Virus record (IMG/VR): IMGVR_UViG_3300020045_020734
Span: 1-50,127 of that record
Strand: one strand, 5' to 3'
DNA from: a virus
Lineage: Duplodnaviria; Caudoviricetes
Length of the DNA stretch: 50,127 bases
The notes under the pieces are model-generated. The model was not told the DNA's origin. It saw only the letters and a list, made by a program, of their open reading frames with translations, and searched no databases. The position numbers were made by a program, and so were the translations under genes. Positions 10,241 through 20,391 of this stretch are shown piece after piece; the stretch's first letter is position 1, and each line of letters begins with the position of its first letter.

Positions 10241-10813
10241 ATGGCTGCATACGTAAATAACGATGAGTTTGCGAATGTTTTTGAAGCCGAGCTTCAAGAC
10301 ATTCAGTTAGGGGCAGAAAAGTATTTTTTGCACTTCATTAAGCAACAAGGTTTAGAATTGACAGGGGAACTTCGTGATTCTTTTAAAACATCTGTACTCA
10401 ATATTGCAAGTGAATTATACGCTGAAATAAGAGTTACCTTCAAATTTGAAGGTAGATATTGGGATTTAAACACGCTTACATATAAACAAGGGCATCCAGA
10501 GCCAAATGGTCTTTTAGTCCAAGGAATGAAGAAATTCATTGAGGCAAAAGGAGGAATATCTGCATTTTATGGTGTGCCAGGTTATATGGGTACCAATCGT
10601 ACACCTATTGCATCTATTGCCATCAATCGTTTGGCGTATTCAATGGCACAAGCGAGAATCAATAAAGGGGTAATTAGAAGACGTGGTGATGGTTGGTACA
10701 ATAAAGGGAGAAGTTTTTTTGTGAGAGATGTTCGCAGAACCTTGCAAGATAGAATCAGCAAGTTTATAGTTGAGGAAATGGCTAAAAATATGGGAGAAGA
10801 AATTAATTTTTAA
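10241..10813 (+). CDS. Neck/tail completion-like protein
   Basis: TGELRDS motif and basic C-terminus, resembling HK97 gp10-type proteins. Confidence 0.5.
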   Translation: MAAYVNNDEFANVFEAELQDIQLGAEKYFLHFIKQQGLELTGELRDSFKTSVLNIASELYAEIRVTFKFEGRYWDLNTLTYKQGHPEPNGLLVQGMKKFIEAKGGISAFYGVPGYMGTNRTPIASIAINRLAYSMAQARINKGVIRRRGDGWYNKGRSFFVRDVRRTLQDRISKFIVEEMAKNMGEEINF

Positions 10814-10814
10814 T

Positions 10815-11123
10815 ATGACTACACTAACATTTGGCTTAGGGAAAAGCCGTGAAACAATTTCCGCAAATGCAATTGTAATGCTTGAAGGGAATGGAACTTA
10901 CTCAATTATACACCTTGAAAAACGAAAGATTCATAGTGCAAAATGTCTAAAATATTGGCAGTCATTATTGCCAGAACATTTTCTCCGAGTTCATCGGAAA
11001 TATTTGATTAATGGAAGGTACGTTATTCGACATACTGAAGATACTGTAACAATGGCTTCGGGCTTAGTTATTAAGTGTTCAAGGCGGAGAAAAGCAGTCC
11101 TATTGAATCAGTCAAAACAGTAA
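10815..11123 (+). CDS. Stand-alone LytTR DNA-binding protein
   Basis: FLRVHRKYLIN and SRRRK LytTR signature; no receiver domain; start reassigned to 10815. Confidence 0.85.
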   Translation: MTTLTFGLGKSRETISANAIVMLEGNGTYSIIHLEKRKIHSAKCLKYWQSLLPEHFLRVHRKYLINGRYVIRHTEDTVTMASGLVIKCSRRRKAVLLNQSKQ

Positions 11124-11131
11124 TATTTTTG
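11097..11131 (+). promoter_or_regulatory. Putative late promoter, GTCCTA-N21-TATTTTTG
   Basis: Same spacing as the other five copies; upstream of the nuclease gene. Confidence 0.65.
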
Positions 11132-11177
11132 TTTTTCATTTATTTATCAATTCATTTTTAACTTAAATTTTCTACGC

Positions 11178-11699
11178 ATGAAAAATTACCTATTTGCATT
11201 TCTGCTGTTAGTTTTTGCGAACGTTTCAGCACAAAAAAAAGCTGTCGTAACAAGAGTTATTGATGGTGATACTTTCGAGGCAATTGTTTTGCAGACAAAA
11301 GACACCATCAAAGTTCGAGTATCTTACTTGAATACACCTGAAGGGAAAAACGGTGTTTGTGCAGTTGAACAACCGTTTTACTTGGAGGCAAAAGAAGCTG
11401 CTGAAGAGTATCTGCTTGGTAAAACTGTATTGCTGTATATGTCAAATGTGCAATCTTACGACCGAGAGATTGCAAGAGTGAAATGTTCAGAAGGATATTT
11501 TGATGTACTGATGATTAATAGAGGATTAGGTTGGTCATTTATTCAAAACAATGCCTCACATTATCAATTCAAACTGCAACAAAAAGCGAAAGCAAAAGGC
11601 GTTGGCTTATGGAATCCGTTACTATATCCAGAAGGCGAGTCGCCACAGAATCCAAGTAATTGGATTAAGATTCATTCCACCAAAAATCCACGGCTATAA
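11178..11699 (+). CDS. Secreted thermonuclease (SNase family)
   Basis: Signal peptide ending VSAQ; VIDGDT, LNTPE, YDREIA and AKAKGVGLW motifs. Confidence 0.9.
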   Translation: MKNYLFAFLLLVFANVSAQKKAVVTRVIDGDTFEAIVLQTKDTIKVRVSYLNTPEGKNGVCAVEQPFYLEAKEAAEEYLLGKTVLLYMSNVQSYDREIARVKCSEGYFDVLMINRGLGWSFIQNNASHYQFKLQQKAKAKGVGLWNPLLYPEGESPQNPSNWIKIHSTKNPRL

Positions 11700-11711
11700 T
11701 TGATATTTTAT

Positions 11712-11744
11712 AAAGGTGATAGCCACTGTTTATCACCTTTTTTT
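11712..11744 (+). terminator. Intrinsic terminator
   Basis: AAAGGTGATAG...TTATCACCTTT stem followed by a T run. Confidence 0.75.
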
Positions 11745-11779
11745 GTCCTAACAAATCCGTAATCCAAAAATTAATTTTG
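11745..11779 (+). promoter_or_regulatory. Putative late promoter, GTCCTA-N21-TAATTTTG
   Basis: Perfect TAnnTTTG element; ATG lies 4 nt downstream. Confidence 0.8.
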
Positions 11780-11782
11780 GGT

Positions 11783-12346
11783 ATGGATAAATTAAAAAAT
11801 ATCAAAAGCGTTTGCCAGTCTGCCAACGCTCCTAATATTAGGAGATTGAAATTAATTGACGTTACTCAAGTCGTGAAAATCAACTATCCAAAATTGTACA
11901 ACAATCCAGCACTATTGAATTTTCAATTAGAGCAAACAAGCCTAATACTAAAGCCAGATACAAGATTGATAAATATCGGTTTTCTTTCTGGACTTGGAAC
12001 GTACCAAGAATCAGGCGAATTTACTGATGAAGGCGTGGGATATGTAAATAGTGTAACAGTCTCAACGAAGAAGGACAACGCCAATAATACGCTATCCGTC
12101 GAAAGGATGCTCAACAGAGGATTTATTGGTTTTATTGAAGATAGAAACGGAAGATGTAAAGTTCTTGGTACCGTTAAGCAGCCATTGAGACTAACTGTTT
12201 CTTCATTGTCTATCGGCTCCAATGAAAAAACGTTGACTTGGCAATGCAAAACCAAAACTCAATCATTTTTTATACCAAGTATTAAAGAGGATGATATTAT
12301 AGTAGGTCAATTTAGTAATGACTTTTCAGACGATTTTTTTATTTAA
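11783..12346 (+). CDS. Tail-tube-like adaptor protein, paralogue A
   Basis: Shares EDRNGxCKVLGxxKQPLRL with 37167..37727; C-terminal FSNDFSDDF motif. Confidence 0.6.
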   Translation: MDKLKNIKSVCQSANAPNIRRLKLIDVTQVVKINYPKLYNNPALLNFQLEQTSLILKPDTRLINIGFLSGLGTYQESGEFTDEGVGYVNSVTVSTKKDNANNTLSVERMLNRGFIGFIEDRNGRCKVLGTVKQPLRLTVSSLSIGSNEKTLTWQCKTKTQSFFIPSIKEDDIIVGQFSNDFSDDFFI

Positions 12347-12361
12347 AATTTCTACAAAACG

Positions 12362-14950
12362 ATGAAACAATACCTAAAAATTCTATTTTTTGCCCTTTTG
12401 CCCTTTTTGAATTTTGGGCAATCACCAGCAACTGCTACATCTACCAAAGCAGTAATTGATGGGGCTTTGCCCGACAATAATACTAAGGGAATCAATGCGG
12501 CAACATTGCGAAGCACGATGAAAGCAATCGTTGATTTTGCTGAGACAAAAGTTTCTATTTCAAATGCAAACCTTATTGGAAATACCGTTTTGCCTACAAC
12601 TACACAGATAGGTAATATCTCTCCTACCGAAATAAGCTATCTTGATGGGGTATCATCACCCATTCAGCTTCAAATTGACTCAAAAATTCCAACTTTTACA
12701 CCAGAACAATTCGGAGCAGTTGGAGACGGAATAACTGATGATACTCAGGCTCTTCAAAGAGCAATAGACTACATCGTAACTAACAGTAAAGAACTTATTC
12801 TATCAAAAAAATATCTTGTAAATACTGTTCAAATCGATGGAAATATACTTTATATAAAGTATTCAATAGGTAAAAAATGGAAAATTACTGGCTCAGGTAA
12901 TGCAACAATATTATGCACAAACAATTCACAAGCCTCAATTTTGTGGATTCAAGGAGACAATCAAAACTCTGTCATTCAAAATGTGTATTTTCAACGCCAG
13001 CACTCGCTTTTGCCTAATTATCAAACAGGAATTTACATAGGTGGATACGGTGGAACAAAAGTAAAGAATCTATTAATAGACAATTGCACATTTTCAGGAT
13101 TTCAGCAGGCAATTTCGATGAATGGAAGTGAAAATTTAACTATTCAAAATTCAAAATTTCTTTCTCTGAAAGGTCATGATGATGGCTCATCTGACGATAG
13201 ACCTAATGTTTCTATTAACTCTACAAATAATGAAAATGGAATTAACGTTAATACGAATATAGTTAATAATTTTTTCGATGGATATTATTCAACAGATAAT
13301 ATTTCAACTACAATTACAAAAAGACCACTTGATGGGTTTATTATCGGACAATATAATGGATTGAAAGCAACAGGAAATATTATCAAAAATTTCTCAGAAG
13401 AGGGAATTCTGGTTCAGTCTGGAAAAAATGGTGGAAGTATTCTTATTGCTAATAATCAATTATATGGAGATTTACCTTTAGGCTCAAAAAATGCGAATGG
13501 AACGACAAAAACTTACAACTATCATATAAGAGTTGATGCAAATAACGCTGTTGTAACAAACAATATTTTGTTGGGGGTTACGTGGGGAATTATGAGTAGG
13601 GGAATAGATTTTACGAGTAAAAACTTAGAAAATATTTCGATTTCAGATAATCATATTTTTGCAACAAAACAAAATTTTAAAAATTTCATAACTGGCATTT
13701 CAGTCAATGGAAATGATGCAAAAACAAAAGATGTAGTAATTAAGAACAATGAAATTAAGATTGATAGTAGCTACATAACTTCAAGTTGTTCTGCAATAGA
13801 AGTTTATCGAACTAAAAATATATCACTAATTAATAATATAGCGACAGAGTCTGTAACAACAAAGAATTCTAATCAAATTTTTGGATTAACAGTATCAATT
13901 TGTGATGCAATCAATGACAATCAAAACAAATTATCTGGATTTGATAATAAGAAAAATGTTAGTAATGTAACAGGATATGTATTAGAGAATGGATATGTAT
14001 CTGACCTTGCAGGATTTACTGTTGGCTCAAACACTACACTTTTAAATACTGATAATATTATAGGGGCATTTGCAAAAGTACAGGGGCAACTTAATGCAAA
14101 AGCAACAATTAGCGAGACAGAAACACTAACTAATAAGACTCTAACAAGCCCTATTATCAATACAGGTACGTTTAACAATCCGATTATTAATAATATTTCT
14201 CCATCTACAAACTTCACAATAACACAAAATGGTGCAACCCCAATAAATTCAGTCAATTCTGGTGCAGTTGCAAATACACTATACCTTAATGCAGGTAGAG
14301 CGAGCATAGGCACTACAAATTCAGTTGCAACTCTTAATGTCGAACAAGGGTCGAATAGCAATGGAATAATTGTTACGGCGGGTGGTTCAGTAAAAGGAAT
14401 ATCGATGGAAAGTTCTTTTGCTGGTGCATCGAACTGGACAATGATGAGCGTATCAGGAAGTAATCCTTCAAATTTACGTTTTGGTACATACTCTACAACA
14501 AGTAGAAATTCGGTAAATGACCTTATGGTAATTAGCGGAGTAACTGGTAATGTAGGAATTGGGATTGGAGATGGTTCTCCTTCTCAAAAATTAGAAGTAG
14601 GCGGTGGAATCAAATCTGGGTCAATATTCGTAAAAGGTGCTGACCCCTCTGTATCATTTCTTTCGCTTAATAATACATCAAATTCAAATAGTACAAGAGA
14701 ATTTAGGTTAGTCGCAGGAATAACAGGGGTATCTCAAAATGGATTTAGCATTTATGACTCTTTTTCAGCTACAAATAGATTTGTTATAGATAATACGGGA
14801 AATGTAGGAGTCGGAACAACATCAATGACCTCAAGATTACAAGTAGTCGGGCTTCCTACTTATGCAGATAATGCCGCAGCTCTTGCAGGAGGATTGACAA
14901 TTGGGGCATTCTATAAAACACCAATTGGTGTTGTGATGGTTACATATTAG
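12362..14950 (+). CDS. Tail fibre/spike with pectate-lyase-like beta-helix and an N-terminal signal peptide
   Basis: FGAVGDGITDDTQALQRAID, Asn-rich beta-helix repeats, GNVGIG fibre repeats; MKQYLKILFFALLPFLNFGQ leader. Confidence 0.8.
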   Translation: MKQYLKILFFALLPFLNFGQSPATATSTKAVIDGALPDNNTKGINAATLRSTMKAIVDFAETKVSISNANLIGNTVLPTTTQIGNISPTEISYLDGVSSPIQLQIDSKIPTFTPEQFGAVGDGITDDTQALQRAIDYIVTNSKELILSKKYLVNTVQIDGNILYIKYSIGKKWKITGSGNATILCTNNSQASILWIQGDNQNSVIQNVYFQRQHSLLPNYQTGIYIGGYGGTKVKNLLIDNCTFSGFQQAISMNGSENLTIQNSKFLSLKGHDDGSSDDRPNVSINSTNNENGINVNTNIVNNFFDGYYSTDNISTTITKRPLDGFIIGQYNGLKATGNIIKNFSEEGILVQSGKNGGSILIANNQLYGDLPLGSKNANGTTKTYNYHIRVDANNAVVTNNILLGVTWGIMSRGIDFTSKNLENISISDNHIFATKQNFKNFITGISVNGNDAKTKDVVIKNNEIKIDSSYITSSCSAIEVYRTKNISLINNIATESVTTKNSNQIFGLTVSICDAINDNQNKLSGFDNKKNVSNVTGYVLENGYVSDLAGFTVGSNTTLLNTDNIIGAFAKVQGQLNAKATISETETLTNKTLTSPIINTGTFNNPIINNISPSTNFTITQNGATPINSVNSGAVANTLYLNAGRASIGTTNSVATLNVEQGSNSNGIIVTAGGSVKGISMESSFAGASNWTMMSVSGSNPSNLRFGTYSTTSRNSVNDLMVISGVTGNVGIGIGDGSPSQKLEVGGGIKSGSIFVKGADPSVSFLSLNNTSNSNSTREFRLVAGITGVSQNGFSIYDSFSATNRFVIDNTGNVGVGTTSMTSRLQVVGLPTYADNAAALAGGLTIGAFYKTPIGVVMVTY

Positions 14951-14970
14951 TTAGACTATTATTAATATGT

Positions 14971-15007
14971 AAAAAAACCTAACGACCCAAATCGTTAGGT
15001 TTTTTTT
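14971..15007 (+). terminator. Intrinsic terminator
   Basis: ACCTAACGA-loop-TCGTTAGGT stem with A and T tracts. Confidence 0.8.
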
Positions 15008-15042
15008 GTCCTAAGAGTTCAATTGTCAATTTCTGACCTTTG
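15008..15042 (+). promoter_or_regulatory. Putative late promoter, GTCCTA-N21-GACCTTTG
   Basis: Same spacing; directly upstream of the tape measure gene. Confidence 0.75.
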
Positions 15043-15069
15043 ATTTGAAAACTATAAATTTCTACACAA

Positions 15070-18000
15070 ATGAATTTAGTCGAAGAATCTACGGTGATAT
15101 TTCGCCTTGATGGTAAACCTTTCATTTCGTCACTAAGCGAGATTGAAATGAAACTTGTTGAGGCAAAAGACAAAATGGCATTGCTTGAAAAAGGCACAAA
15201 AGAATGGGCAGATGCTAAAAAGGACGTGAAAGAGTTGGAAGCTGCCGTAAAGGATGCACGTACGCAAATGGATTTGAGCCAATTAACGGTTAAACAGTTG
15301 ACCGATCTTCAAAGAGATATGGTGAAGGTCATGAAGGAGTCAAAGGTAGGTTCTGAAGAATACATTGCAGCCGCTAAAAAGTTGGAGGAAATAAATCCTA
15401 TTATGACGGGAGTTCGCAGAGATATGCGAGGAATTGGTGAGGAAGCCACAGGCATGACAAAAATTTGGGGGCAATTTAAAGAGGATTTTACCAGAGCGTT
15501 TTCGGTAGTCTCAGTTTTTGAAGCAGGTCGAGCAATTGCAGGTTTTGTTCAAGAATCGGTTGTAGAGTTTAGAAAGTTTCAATCAGCAGGGGCAGACCTT
15601 TCAGCTGTTACAGGTTTAGTGGGAAAAGATTTAGAATTTCTCAAAGAACAAGCGAAGATTACTGGCCCTGCCGTTGGCATGATGGGGTCTGATATGCTTG
15701 AGGCTTACAAAATGATGGCATCGGCAAAGCCTGAATTGTTAGCACAAAAGGAATTGTTAGCCGAAACTACCACCAGAGCGATTACACTTGCACAAGCTGC
15801 TAAAATTGAATTAGCACCAGCAACTGATTTACTCGCAAGTTCATTGAATCAGTTTGGGCGACCTGCTCAGGATGCGGCTAAATATATTAATATAATTGCT
15901 GCAGGGGCAAAAGAAGGTTCTGCCGAAATTTCGGACATGGCCGGTGCTTTGAAAAATTCGGGAACGGTAGCGGCAGCATCTAAAGTGAGCTTTGAACAAA
16001 CGAATGCTGTTTTGCAGTCTCTGAGTACAATCGCTTTGAAAGGTGGTGAAGCAGGAACGCAATTGAAAAACGTATTATTGACACTTTCGGCAGGTTCTGA
16101 TGAAACAAACCCTAAAATTGTCGGGCTTGACAAAGCAATTGAAAATCTTGGCAAACAAAAAATGTCAACAGCTGAGATTGCAAAAATGTTTGGAAAGGAA
16201 AACGTTGTAGCAGCTCAACACATCATCGCACACGGTACTGAAATCAAGGAATTGACCAAGAAGTTGACAGGTACAGAAGAGGCATTTAGTCAGGCGGCTA
16301 AGAATACTGCCACAATGGATTTTCAGATGAAACAAGCAGCTGCTACAACTTCTGTTTTAAAGACAGAAATTGGGGCAGGGCTTGAACCTATTTTGGTTAA
16401 AATCATTGCAGGATTTATCACATTTGTAAACGTAATTCGTGCCGTTCCATCATTTTTGAAGGAAAATAAGGAAATGATTACGGCTCTTGGTATTGCTCTT
16501 TTGGCATTCAACGGACACTTAATTATTGCAACGGCTTCAAGCTTGGCCCATGCCGCAGGTGAAAGAGCCGCTACCATTGCAAAAACTGCATCGACCACAG
16601 CACAATGGTTGTTGAATACTGCCTTAACTGCCAACCCCATCGGGGCAGTTGTTGCTGTAATTGCCCTATTAGTTGGGGGATTAGTAACGTGGTATAATAA
16701 TTCAGAAACGGTACGTGGTGTAGTAAATGGATTGTGGGAATCGTTGAAAGTGGGTATTGAATTCTTTGGTAAAATTATCAATTCGGTTATCTCTTTTGTA
16801 CAGGAATCATCATTGATACAGGGTGTAATTTCGGTGGTATCGGGTCATGTTCAGTTATTAATGAATATCCTGAGTAGCGGTTGGGATATGCTGAATAAGG
16901 TTTTTGGCTATGTAAAAAATGGAATGGCACCTTTGGCTGCTTCTATCAATTCAATTATTGCTTTGGCACAAAAGGCAATTGGCGTTTTTACAGGTTTACT
17001 ATCAGCCATTACCCCAGATATTTTTAAAGAAGCAGGAACAAAAATTGGCAAAGCGTTTTCTGATGGGTATGCTGTAAAAATGGATGAAGCTCGTAAGACT
17101 CAGGAGGCGGCCCACAAAAAGCACGTTGATAAAAAAGTTACAGATTCAAAAGCAGGAGCGACAAAAATAGGAAAAGATGATACCGATGAACACGCAAAAA
17201 CATTAACTGCGAAAGAAAAGGCGGCTGCGAAAGCACAAGCGAAAGCAATTGCTGATAATGCAAAAAAAGCCAAAAAGGAAGCGGCTGATACGCTTAAAGA
17301 GGAGAATTCGATGCAAAAAGACATCGAAAAGTTGAAAATTGCAGCTATAAAAAGTGAGGAAGCTCGAACTATTGCTACGCTAAAATTCAAAAATAATGAG
17401 CAATTGAAGCAAGTTGCTGAATCGAAAGCAAGTGAAGAAACCAAAGCCGCTTATGTAAAAGCTTTGAATGAGCAGTTGGCACGTGATATTTCTGCTACTG
17501 AAACGAAGCATAGAGATGAAAAAGTAGCAGCAGATAAGAAAGCAGCTAATGAAATTCAACAAGACCAAGAGACGAAACGGAAGTTTCGTCAGGCTATGGC
17601 TTTTGATACTGAAAAAGCCATAGTTGAAAATGCGTTGATGAATCAGAATGCTACGCAGGCAGAAATCCAGCGTTTAACATTGCAAAGATTAGCGGCTGAG
17701 AGAGCTGCAACTTTCGCTAAACTTGATGCTGAATTAGCAAAAGACAAGGCTACTTTACAAGAAGCTTATAATGCTGAGGTTGAAAAGGCTCGAAAGTCTG
17801 GACAGGATACGACCGAAATCCATGATAGGTTTACAGCCGACCAGAAGGCGATTGATGATAAATATCGTGCTGAAAGTACACTTGCTAATACTAAATACCA
17901 GAACGATAAGAATAAGGAGGAAGAGGATTTTAAGAAGAAGCAAGATGAAGGTAATAAGAAGTTTTACCAAGGATTAAAGTCACTAATGGACGGTGATTTT

Positions 18001-19167
18001 CAGGCGTTTACCGATGGTTTGGCCGCTAAGTTCAATCTTGATACGAAGCATTTATCTCAGCGAAAACAAAAAACAGTAGAGTTTACCAACGATACGCAAG
18101 AAATTGCTAATGTTGCGTTTGATATGTTCCGCCAAATGAATGATAAAAAGTTGGAGCTTGATATTAATAATCTTACCAAGGAAAAAAACGAGCAGTTGGC
18201 GGCATGGAAAGAAAAGTACGATAAAGGATTGATTTCTAAGGAAGATTATGACGCAAAGTCTGACCAATTGAATAAAGAATATGCTGAAAAAGAGCAAAAG
18301 ATTAGAAAGGAATCTTTTGAGCGACAAAAGAAGGCTGATATTGCATCAGCATTAATTCAGGGTGCATTGGGGGTTGTAAAATCTTTAGCGATGTTTGGGT
18401 GGCCCTTCGGATTAATTGCAGCCGCAGGTATGGCAATCGTGACGGGTATTCAGGTGGCAGCTATTGCCTCACGGACGTTTGCCCAAAAAGGAGCAGTTAT
18501 TAGAAATGCAGGGGTGGTTAAAGGGGCGGCTCATGGAAGTAAATATGGCGAATCTGGAATCCAATTGATTGACCGCCAATCTGGAATGGAAGTTGGAGAA
18601 ATGGAAGGTGGTGAGCCAATTATGATTCTTAGTAAGAATACTTATGCAAATAATAAGCCCGTAGTAGATAAATTGTTGGATAGTTCTTTGCATAAAAACG
18701 GAGCTCCAATTTACAAAAGCGGTGGTTTGCTTGGACAAAAGATGTACAGCGATGGTGGAACTTACGATGATAGTATTCGTAAACAAGTAGAAGAAAAACG
18801 TGAACGTGAAAGACAGCAATCAGAAGAAGCGAAACAACAGGAGCAGGTACAAGCAAATGCAAATGTGACGGCAGCGGACGGCAATTCTCCTGCTGATAAC
18901 AATGGCGTTGGTGATACTTCTTCACAGCAAGCCGCCATTACCGAAAATACGAAACTTCAGAAGGATATTGCCAGGGCGACGATTGAAACTGTTGAGGAGT
19001 TAAAACGACTCAACACAATGACAAATTTTACACGATTAGCAGTTAATAATATGAATGATAACATGGGTAGGTTCTTAGGCTCAATTGAACATAATACACG
19101 TGTTACAGCAGACCGTACAGGAGATATTGGATATTTAGCATCAGTATTGCAGAGTAAGTTTAAATAG
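15070..19167 (+). CDS. Tail tape measure protein
   Basis: 1365 aa, Ala-rich helical; TP901-type core (KGGEAGTQLKNVL), ANPIGAVVAVIALLV segment. Confidence 0.92.
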   Translation: MNLVEESTVIFRLDGKPFISSLSEIEMKLVEAKDKMALLEKGTKEWADAKKDVKELEAAVKDARTQMDLSQLTVKQLTDLQRDMVKVMKESKVGSEEYIAAAKKLEEINPIMTGVRRDMRGIGEEATGMTKIWGQFKEDFTRAFSVVSVFEAGRAIAGFVQESVVEFRKFQSAGADLSAVTGLVGKDLEFLKEQAKITGPAVGMMGSDMLEAYKMMASAKPELLAQKELLAETTTRAITLAQAAKIELAPATDLLASSLNQFGRPAQDAAKYINIIAAGAKEGSAEISDMAGALKNSGTVAAASKVSFEQTNAVLQSLSTIALKGGEAGTQLKNVLLTLSAGSDETNPKIVGLDKAIENLGKQKMSTAEIAKMFGKENVVAAQHIIAHGTEIKELTKKLTGTEEAFSQAAKNTATMDFQMKQAAATTSVLKTEIGAGLEPILVKIIAGFITFVNVIRAVPSFLKENKEMITALGIALLAFNGHLIIATASSLAHAAGERAATIAKTASTTAQWLLNTALTANPIGAVVAVIALLVGGLVTWYNNSETVRGVVNGLWESLKVGIEFFGKIINSVISFVQESSLIQGVISVVSGHVQLLMNILSSGWDMLNKVFGYVKNGMAPLAASINSIIALAQKAIGVFTGLLSAITPDIFKEAGTKIGKAFSDGYAVKMDEARKTQEAAHKKHVDKKVTDSKAGATKIGKDDTDEHAKTLTAKEKAAAKAQAKAIADNAKKAKKEAADTLKEENSMQKDIEKLKIAAIKSEEARTIATLKFKNNEQLKQVAESKASEETKAAYVKALNEQLARDISATETKHRDEKVAADKKAANEIQQDQETKRKFRQAMAFDTEKAIVENALMNQNATQAEIQRLTLQRLAAERAATFAKLDAELAKDKATLQEAYNAEVEKARKSGQDTTEIHDRFTADQKAIDDKYRAESTLANTKYQNDKNKEEEDFKKKQDEGNKKFYQGLKSLMDGDFQAFTDGLAAKFNLDTKHLSQRKQKTVEFTNDTQEIANVAFDMFRQMNDKKLELDINNLTKEKNEQLAAWKEKYDKGLISKEDYDAKSDQLNKEYAEKEQKIRKESFERQKKADIASALIQGALGVVKSLAMFGWPFGLIAAAGMAIVTGIQVAAIASRTFAQKGAVIRNAGVVKGAAHGSKYGESGIQLIDRQSGMEVGEMEGGEPIMILSKNTYANNKPVVDKLLDSSLHKNGAPIYKSGGLLGQKMYSDGGTYDDSIRKQVEEKRERERQQSEEAKQQEQVQANANVTAADGNSPADNNGVGDTSSQQAAITENTKLQKDIARATIETVEELKRLNTMTNFTRLAVNNMNDNMGRFLGSIEHNTRVTADRTGDIGYLASVLQSKFK

Positions 19168-19168
19168 T

Positions 19169-19201
19169 AAAAAGCCTCTTGAAATTTTCAAGAGGCTTTT
19201 T
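19169..19201. terminator. Bidirectional terminator between tape measure and integrase
   Basis: Near-perfect palindrome AAAAAGCCTCTTGAAATTTTCAAGAGGCTTTTT between convergent genes. Confidence 0.85.
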
Positions 19202-20384
19202 TATGGTTAAATAAATTATCTAAAAGACTAATCTGTTTTCGTTTTTGTTCTGCGGTAACATGGACGTAAATCATGGTTGTTTCAATTTTTGTATGTCCAA
19301 GTAATTCTTTCAGAACTTCAAGTTTTCCGCCTGCTTCGAGAAACTGGGTTGCAAAGGTATGTCTGGCGACGTGGGTAGTGAGGTTTTTAAATATTTGGCA
19401 ATTTGAAGCGATTGATTTCAAAATGGCATTGGCTTTTTGATTAGTATAAACTCGAAATAAATTTCCCTTTTTCGTTTCAATCATTTGGCGAGCCTGTTGG
19501 CATAGTGGTACATTGATTGATTTTTGTAAGTCTCTTGTTTTGTAAGGTTCAAATTCTAATTCGTTGTTTTGGCGTACTTCTCGCCATGTAATCCTTTCCA
19601 AATCGGAATGACGAAGCCCACACAGGCAAGCAAATAGAAATGGTCGGAGAACAATTCTGTGATTTTCAGGTACAGTTTTATCTTTAAAGTATTCCCAAAG
19701 CTTTATTAATTCAGCATGGTTCAGGTAAACAATTGAACCTTTTGCCGTTTGAATTTGAATATCTTGGAATGGATTTTCAAAGACAATTCCTTCTTGTCTG
19801 GCAAATTCGAGATATGTTTTAAGGTCAGATAGGTATTTGGCAATGGTGTTTATTCTGTACTGTTTACCATTAGGAGAAGTCTGGCGACGGATGAAATTCC
19901 TAAAATCTTCGACTGTTTTCTTATTAATATCCTTGAAAAGTAGCACCTTTTTGAAATTCAGTAGCATTTTTAATGAGCTTTTATTATTCTTTTGGGTTTG
20001 CTTGGAGATTAATTGTTCATCAAATCTTGTTTGAATTTTCTTTTTCCAGAATTCGATAAAATCTAACCGAGACTTTACATTTTCAATTTCTGCCTTAAAA
20101 ATTTCAATGGTAAGGGTTTTATTCGATAATCTGTAAAACTTAAATACCTCATTTATATCGTTTCGCTTCATGTCAATTATCATCTGATAATCATCAATAT
20201 CCAAATCCTTTTTTGTTCGGGCCAATAAAATACCTTTTTCATCATCAAAAAAGCGTACATCCCACGACAAATCTAATGCAACCGTCGTTTTTTTCGAGTT
20301 AATGAGGACTTGAAAAAATAAAGCTGCTATGCCGTTATTGTCTTGTCTCTGAGTATTGATTTTGAGTTTTACGCTGAATGCCAT
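19188..20384 (-). CDS. int: Tyrosine integrase
   Basis: GLRHSD (R), HVARHTFAT (HxxR), LGH and TMIY catalytic motifs; start reassigned to ATG 20384 (MAFSVKL). Confidence 0.95.
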   Translation of the reverse strand: MAFSVKLKINTQRQDNNGIAALFFQVLINSKKTTVALDLSWDVRFFDDEKGILLARTKKDLDIDDYQMIIDMKRNDINEVFKFYRLSNKTLTIEIFKAEIENVKSRLDFIEFWKKKIQTRFDEQLISKQTQKNNKSSLKMLLNFKKVLLFKDINKKTVEDFRNFIRRQTSPNGKQYRINTIAKYLSDLKTYLEFARQEGIVFENPFQDIQIQTAKGSIVYLNHAELIKLWEYFKDKTVPENHRIVLRPFLFACLCGLRHSDLERITWREVRQNNELEFEPYKTRDLQKSINVPLCQQARQMIETKKGNLFRVYTNQKANAILKSIASNCQIFKNLTTHVARHTFATQFLEAGGKLEVLKELLGHTKIETTMIYVHVTAEQKRKQISLLDNLFNHKKAS

Positions 20385-20391
20385 AGAAGAA

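Larger units (their letters stand above)
327..19167 (+). mobile_element. Phage portal, lysis and tail gene block
   Basis: Co-oriented run of portal-like, adaptor-like, endolysin, holin, tail, fibre and tape measure ORFs. Confidence 0.9.

Noticed and set aside
6743-14950. Diversity-generating retroelement or invertible shufflon acting on tail genes
   Set aside because: No reverse transcriptase or invertase in the window, and I saw no adenine-variant template/variable repeat pair.
12346-15069. AATTTCTAC as a Cas12a repeat
   Set aside because: The complementary GTAGAT half is missing, and the copies are dispersed before start codons, not arrayed.
15841-18925. Antisense ORFs inside the tape measure and other long genes
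   Set aside because: Shadow frames of biased coding sequence with no motifs or leaders.
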